Shown here: piece after piece, positions 57,539 to 64,000 of the stretch
How positions within the stretch are numbered: the stretch's first letter is position 1
Layout of the letters: the number at the start of each line of letters is the position of its first letter
Assembly (NCBI GenBank): GCA_964016885.1
Contig: OZ024742.1
Location: 112,096,001-112,160,000, forward strand
Direction: 5' to 3'
From: Eledone cirrhosa
Lineage: Eukaryota
Length of the DNA: 64,000 bases
Program-made: the position numbers and the translations under genes
The notes under the pieces: model-generated
Seen by the model: the letters and a program-made list of their open reading frames with translations, nothing else
The model's database searches: none
What the model was told of the DNA's origin: nothing

Positions 57539-59457
57539 TTGAATATTTAAATACCAAGACTGGCATTATATTTTTCTGTCCATTACCAGGAATGCTTTGC
57601 ATATTATTTCTTTTTTAGAATATTAAAATTGCAATACTATACTTATTTCGCTGGATTTCGGAATAGTTCATTAATTAAACAACCTGCATCTATAAATAAG
57701 CAGTTAGTGCTGAGGATTTCTTAACGGAATAATATTGTAAATAATTCAACTGCTACAATTTAAAAAACATCTTTTTACACCGGGAGAATAATTCTGTCTT
57801 TACGTCCATATATAAACGTACGCAATGGACAAAAAAGCATTATTACACTTTTCTGCACGTGATTTTCTACACAGCATATTATGTGAGGAAAATAAATATT
57901 ACGGGGTAGATAAGCTACTTTAGAAGTTAATGTGAACATTTTGCATATTGAATGAGAGCTTTCAATATAACAGTGTTATGGAATGTTAAAATTTATCCCT
58001 GAGAAAATTATGTCCAACATTGTTTTTCAATTTTTTGTGGGCATAAGCTTTGATAAGAATAATATTGAGGCTAAGGGGAGATTTAGAAAACAGAACACCT
58101 TATGAACAAATGAATTTTTTCGATAATATATATATATCCTGTGGCAATATATCAAACTAATTAGCTAACAATATTAATACAAATGAATAAAACAAGACAA
58201 AACACAATCTTTATTATACCTGACATTTAGAGCAATATTTGTTCAGACATACATTTCTTTCATAATACAAACAGATTTACAAACGTGTTGAAGTAACGAC
58301 AGAAGGAAGATATAAACCACAAATCAGTTCATCAAACTATCTGGAACTACATTTTACCCTGTTTAAAAGAACTAATCATATGCTTCACATATTTCATTTA
58401 AAAAAAAACACAAAAAAAAACTTGTAATAATTAAGGGCCAGATGTAAGCTATGTTTTGGCAATAAATTGATACGTAATATTCAACGCGACAATAGAGACA
58501 TCATGCAGGAAGTTGGATATAACTGAAACATGAAATATATTTCCTCTTTTCTATAAGGAAATTATAAAAAAAGAAAAAGAAATCAAATGCGGAGAAAATG
58601 AAGTAGTTTTTAATGGTGGATTGGAAATTAGTTGGTGGAACGAATAGAGATAGTATAAATATATATACTCAACAAGGAATATGTTTCATTAAAAAAGGAA
58701 AACTGATTCCACTTGTATATTTAAATATTCACGGTACATGAAAGGGCGATATGTTGAATATTTTGAGATTATGTGTTACATCTTCTCACACGCAGAGTAA
58801 GGCTGCGGCGTTCATTCTTTTATGGTGTAAGATACATTTATAACGTATACTGAATGCAACTGAATGAAATAAAATGTATGATCATGAAAGTTAATTACAC
58901 TCGGAAAATATTCATAATAAACCTCCTGATCTCAGGAAATCATGTCTTGAAACAGGAAATTTACGTTAACTGTATATTTTCTCATTTACTCCCCACAATA
59001 TAATTGACACACAGTTTAATAAAAAAAGTGACAACTGTGAAATGTTATAGACTAGAACGTATGCATTTTTTTTCTTTTTCGTTCCGCATAGACAGACATA
59101 AATAGATTCTTAGATGGAATTTCTTTTCGTAGGTGGGCATTGATTTGAAAATCGTGTCAGGAAGAGTTTTTTTAAAATTTGGGAAAGAAAATCTCCGAAG
59201 CACTTGGAGATATATACTTGGTATACATATATAGAGGTGAATTTTCGAAAACGCTATTTTGAAGCAGGTGGATGGTTCAATTCAAGTATAGACTTAATTC
59301 TGTAATTTCAGAAGAACCGGAATACATCCTACTAGATTACCTCAATTCGATCTCACAGGAACTTTGTTACAAATAATCCCTTAATGCGGTAAGCATTGGG
59401 ATGCAACCAAAAACAGTAAATTTGATGGCAAATTTATTGTTCAATACACACTATAGA

Positions 59458-59590
59458 ATTGTGTCTACTTTTGGCACAAGGCCAGAAATTATCCAGTGTA
59501 TTACTGGTACTTTATTTGATCGACCCCGTAAAGATGAAAGGCAAAGTTAACCTCGGCGGGATTTGAACTCAGTCCGTAAAGGACGTAAAT
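59458..59590 (-). mobile_element. SINE, 5'-truncated
   Basis: Reverse complement of the B-box and central domain. Confidence 0.8.
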
Positions 59591-59831
59591 GGCTGGCTGT
59601 GAACATTAAAAAGCGGTTATTTCAGCAACCATTGTAACGTGTCTGGTTCATTAACCGTCGTCAGAAGAGCTTAAACCTCGTGAATGCTTAAATGAAATAA
59701 ACTGAAAGCTTTTAGGTTTCATGATTATAAACATTTGTAACGAATCATATTTCCATATAGTACAAAGGCTTGCAACATTCAATTATATTACGTAGAGATA
59801 ACTGACAGCATGATTGAAACGTGACCGGGGT

Positions 59832-59892
<61 letters not shown>

Positions 59893-60046
59893 AATCTGAG
59901 TTTTTCGAATATTAATAATAATATTCAAATGTCAGTAGAATGAGGCCCTCATTCTTGCTCTTGTGTTGGCATGCAATTATTATATTCAGGCATGTAGAGC
60001 AACAACATTTTGCTAGTTATTATATATACATATATATATATATATA

Positions 60047-60626
60047 TGCCTCACCCCAGAAATAATTTCTATAGACTTATGACTGAGGAACTGACCAATG
60101 GGAGGAGTGACCTTACAAATCTTTCTAACATTGAGATTGGGTATAACACACACACATTTTATTTGATTATTTTATTTTGTTCCTTTACCATCTTATTCCA
60201 TCTACCACTTTATCATTTTTTTAGCTGACTCCAACACCAAAATCACTACCAACATAAGACCACTACAGATTACCTGGCCTCAGAACGAATTTCTATAGAC
60301 TTTTGACTGAGGAATGTTCTCACAACTGACCAATGAGTGGAGAAGATGTCCTTTGACGCTGAAATTCATTTGTTTAAATTCATATGATTCCAATTCCTCA
60401 GTGAAATAACAACCCAACCAGGAACTGGGCATATCAGAGTATTGACAAAGTTAAATACCTCAACAACATGTGTACTCGTCTCTACCACATTAATTCGGAC
60501 TGCCTGAAGAGGTCACAGCCAAAGATGGCTGTCACCGAAATATATATAGCAGTAATAAACGAAGCCAAATTTTAAACATTTGACTTATTTATTTTATTTT
60601 ACATTACTCTGGAGTAACCAAACCAA

Positions 60627-60628
<2 letters not shown>
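60047..60628 (+). mobile_element. Solo Penelope pLTR-like or retrozyme-like fragment within (AT)n
   Basis: Internal direct repeat aatttctatagactt(a/t)tgactgaggaa...ctgaccaatg at about 60064 and 60289; HHR near the right end; (AT)n on both sides. Confidence 0.65.
60499..60553 (+). ncRNA. Minimal type I hammerhead ribozyme motif
   Basis: actgc-CTGAAGA-ggtcacagcca(aaga)tggctgtcacc-GAAA-tatata-TA-gcagt. Confidence 0.85.
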
Positions 60629-60676
<48 letters not shown>

Positions 60677-60863
60677 AACACACAATAAATTGAGTTCCGA
60701 TGCATCACAGATTTTTCGCTTTCCAATCTCTCTCTCTATATATATATATTAATGAAAGAAATTCCAACTTTGTCTTATTTACTCATTTTATTTACAATCC
60801 TTTAAAATTATAATGATATTATAATGAAATAGTATGGTAGAATATTAAATGTTAAGTGTTAAT

Positions 60864-60902
60864 TGAACAAGTACTTTCATGATTTCGCAATCTTCAGGTT
60901 CA
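60864..60902 (-). ncRNA. Minimal type I hammerhead motif
   Basis: Minus strand tgaac-CTGAAGA-ttgcgaaatcat-GAAA-gtac-TT-gttca. Confidence 0.6.
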
Positions 60903-60967
60903 CATTCAGTGTTGACAGTCAAGTTTGTGAATTTCAAAATTGCAAACTTGACTGTCAGCACTGAATA

Positions 60968-61006
60968 TGATCCTGAAGATTGCGAAATCATGAAAGTACT
61001 TGTTCA
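60968..61006 (+). ncRNA. Minimal type I hammerhead motif
   Basis: tgatc-CTGAAGA-ttgcgaaatcat-GAAA-gtac-TT-gttca. Confidence 0.55.
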
Positions 61007-61212
61007 ATTAACACTTAACATGTAATATTCGACCATACTATTTCATTATAATATAATAATTTTAAAGGATTGTAAATAAAACGAGTAAATCAGAAAATCA
61101 GACGAAGTTGGAATTCCTTTTATAAATATAATCTTTTATACACAATCATACACACCCGTGTATATTTATATATATATATTTATATATATATATACATACA
61201 TATATATATATT

Positions 61213-61856
61213 GAACAAAGAAAGTGTTGTAAGAAATCAGGTAGACCATAACGCGCCAGAATACTTGATACTTAGTGTAGTAGAGTAGGTAATAGGAAAA
61301 GTGTCAGGAACCCCGTAGGCTGAGCTCCGGTCGTTTCGAAAGCTAGATCCGAACTAACCCAGCAGTATTAGAACGGCAGGGACCTAGCTGATATTATCAA
61401 GAGTTACAGTCCATATAACTGGGTTATTCTCCGTAGAAAAGTCGATAGCGTGTTTACGCATGGTGGGTATTATTGAAGTAAGAAACTGGAGCTTGATAGT
61501 AGTGTCGGGATTTGAGTGTGGTATGGGTCGAAAAGTGCTCCACTAAGGAAGTAGGACCTAACGAACAAAGAAAGTGTGATAAGAAACGAGGTGGACCCCA
61601 ACGCACCAGGGTACTCGATACTTAGGGTGGTAGAGTGGGTAATAGGAAAAAAGTAGGATACCGACAGCTGAGCTCCTGCTGTGTCGACAGCTAGATCCGA
61701 ACTAATCCAACATTATTAGGGTGGCAGGTACCTAGCTGAACTTACCAAGGGGTACAGTCCATATAACTGTGATATTTCGACAGCTAGATACGGGCTCGTT
61801 CGGATCTAGGTGTCGAAAAGACCGGAGCTCAGCCGTCTGTGTCCTGACTCTTTTCC

Positions 61857-61859
<3 letters not shown>
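61213..61859 (-). repeat. Family B: 350-bp tandem unit x1.6 plus an inverted terminal segment, within (AT)n; strand inferred
   Basis: gaacaaagaaagtgt at 61213 and 61563; 61798-61859 is an inverted copy of about 61292-61355. Confidence 0.75.
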
Positions 61860-61887
<28 letters not shown>

Positions 61888-61905
61888 GTGTATGTATGTA
61901 TGTAT

Positions 61906-61980
61906 GCAGATGATCCCGTTACGGGTGAAATCAGCGATTATTTGCTTAAATTTTAATCCGTTATTTTATAAAATAAATAA
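61906..61980 (+). repeat. Degenerate hammerhead-like remnant (family A)
   Basis: CAGATGA-tcccgttacgggt-GAAA-tcagcga-TT; core has U4 changed to A, and the 5' strand of stem I is lost to the microsatellite. Confidence 0.5.
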
Positions 61981-61984
61981 ATAA

Positions 61985-62028
<44 letters not shown>

Positions 62029-62140
62029 GTTTGAATATGTATCAGAAAGCCAAAACAATGCAGGTATGGATATAGAAAAAGAATGCAGTTGCAAAAGATA
62101 TTGTTGACAAATTGTCTTTTACCTTTGATTTATTTAAATA

Positions 62141-62180
62141 TCCTTAATTTTCGAGACAATATCTCTTCTTCAGAGGGAAA
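62141..62180 (-). ncRNA. Candidate minimal hammerhead motif in the Penelope 3' pLTR
   Basis: Minus strand ccct-CTGAAGA-a-gagat(att)gtctc-GAAA-at-TA-agg; short stem I and very short palindromic stem III. Confidence 0.5.
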
Positions 62181-62876
62181 TAAAGGTCTCAAACCAGCCT
62201 TCTAAGTATCTTGCCAAGCCATGCTGACAGGAAATAGTATAGAGTACCTGTTCTATCTCTAATGTCAAAGAGTTAAAATTAGATGGATAAAGAGTAGTCT
62301 CCCTTTAAAAGGGGTTTGTTTAGGGTTTTTTTTATTTTTTATATACATGCCTGTTTAAGTGTGTGGGAGAATGCATGAAGGTGTAAGTATGTGAGTGTGT
62401 GTGTGTGAGTGTGAGAAGATAAGTCTATTCGTAAATGTGGGGAATAGGTGTTATCTGCTGTTAGAACTGGTTTTGTGTGTGTATGTGTGAGAGAGAATAA
62501 GTGGAGGTGTAAGCGTGTGTGTGGGGTGTGTAAATATGGGGCTAGAAGCCCTATTAGGTTATAAATTGGGTGTTGAGTTCTAGTCTATTATTGATTGGTG
62601 GTTGTGTTTTATCTATAATTAGTGCTTCCTTAATTCTAAGATTGCCGAGGTTTCTTTCCTTAGTTTCTATCCTAACTGTTATGGTTTTGTCGGGGTTTTT
62701 GCATTTAACTAGGTGTTTCTTAAATGAGGAAGCGTTAGTATTGAGGTGTTCTTTTATTCTTATGTGGAGTGGTCTGGTGGTGCTACCTACGTAGAAGTTG
62801 TTGCATTTGTCACACTATAGTCTGTATACGACGTAAGCCTGGTGGCATAGGTCTATGTCGTTGATGGGGCAGTTGG

Positions 62877-63701
62877 CTAGTCTGCAGCAGTTGTCATGTC
62901 TGGTGGAGTGTCTTTTGTTAGCTGTCCGCGTAGAGAAGGACCTGAGTGGGCCAGTTGGATATCTAGTCCCTCTCGTCTGATGGCTCTGCAGATGGCTGTT
63001 GTTGTTTCTTCACTGAAGTGTGGGAGCTTCAGGAAGCAAGTGTTAGTGCCTCGGGTGTGGTGTCCTCTGTTCTTTCTGGCACGGTTTGAGGTGGATGTCG
63101 TGTATCCGTTCAGTTTGAGTACTTCCAGGAAATGTGTGGTGTGTGTGTCTCGGTCTCCAGCCGGGGTGCATTTGTTCCGGATACGTGCCAGTTCGTTCCT
63201 TATGTATCCGAACTTGGCACCGAGCGGGAGGGCCGATCTGAAATGTACGAACAGGTCCCTGCTGGCGGCTTTTTTATAGAAGCAGGTGTGGATGTTGCCT
63301 TCCTCTGTTACCCTGATTTGGAAGTCCAGTAGGGATAGGGATCCGCGGTCATCGGGGTGTTCCATGCTGAACTTTATACTGGCGTCCATGCTGGAGAATG
63401 TTGTGTATATTTTATCTGCCTCCTCACGGGATGATGTAAGGATGAGTATGTCATCTACATATCGGGTGAAGAAGGCATGGGAATGGCAGGTGTTGAGGGC
63501 TCGGCTTTCTAGCTGGTTCATGTAGGTGATGGCCAGCAGGCCCGATAGGCTGGATCCCATGGGTAATCCTGTTGTCTGTCTGTATGTGTGGTGGTGGAAG
63601 GTGAAGTACGTGTTTTCTACTGTGAAGGACAACAGCTGGTGTATGTCCGTCGGGTGGAGGCCATAGCAGTAGATGTCCTCTGCGACCACGCAGCCCGTCA
63701 A
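62877..63701 (-). pseudogene. Penelope-like reverse transcriptase fragment
   Basis: ORF with GLPMGS and RYVDD; frame broken upstream and before the GIY-YIG. Confidence 0.85.
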
Positions 63702-64000
63702 TAAATCGACAGCTGGATGAGCGGGGACTGTAGTGTAGAGGGAGACAACGTCTAGGCAAAAAAGCGTATTTATTTAGTTTAAGTTGTTCTGGCTAGAGTT
63801 GGTGTAGTCTACGTAAAACTTCGTCGGAGCTACTGACATGCCCGGGAAAGGTGGAGAGTAGAGGCTTGAGGACCTGGGAGAGGAGCCAGGAAATTTTGTA
63901 TAGGGGTCTTTCTATGCTAGAGACGATGGGTCTTATTTGCGTCTTAGTACTATTCTTGTGGGTCTTGATGAGGTGGTAGAAAGTGGACAGTCTGCTATTT

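Larger units (their letters stand above)
60748..61170. mobile_element. Palindromic element C, copy 2 (opposite orientation to copy 1)
   Basis: Inverted arms at about 60748-60928 and 60942-61125; the extension tacacaatcatacacacccgtg is the reverse complement of 525-545. Confidence 0.85.
62027..64000 (-). mobile_element. Penelope-like element (second family), continuing beyond the window end
   Basis: RT LDVVSLYTTVP, YRQTTGLPMGSSLSGLLA, FTRYVDD, LSLLDF; GIY-YIG YVVYRL*CDKCNNFYVGSTTRPLHIRIKEH at about 62570-62870; 3' UTR/pLTR running to the (AT)n at 61990-62025. Confidence 0.88.

Overview
This is AT-rich eukaryotic non-coding DNA, and I cannot support any host gene in it. The SINE family and the very long (AT)n arrays suggest an octopod cephalopod, which is an inference. 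The window consists of microsatellite arrays and retroelements: a 5'-truncated CR1-group LINE with an intact RT ORF, Penelope-like elements (RT plus GIY-YIG), Tx1/L1-clade LINEs, R4/Dong-like RLE retrotransposons, RTE-like remnants, about ten copies of one tRNA-derived SINE and a non-autonomous Helitron. The main hidden signal is about ten type I hammerhead ribozyme (HHR) motifs that can be folded by eye. They lie in (i) a short palindromic element present twice, (ii) a 541-bp tandem retrozyme-like repeat with an inverted end, (iii) both ends of a 4.4-kb Penelope foldback, and (iv) solo or terminal pLTR-like pieces. The foldback and tandem elements have their inferred 3' ends pointing out toward the (AT)n arrays. 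A 350-bp tandem element has the same architecture but no recognisable HHR. Separately, Tx1, R4/Dong and SINE copies are stacked on (AAT)n repeats over about 18 kb. The Tyr/Ile-rich ORFs in the ORF track are microsatellite artefacts.
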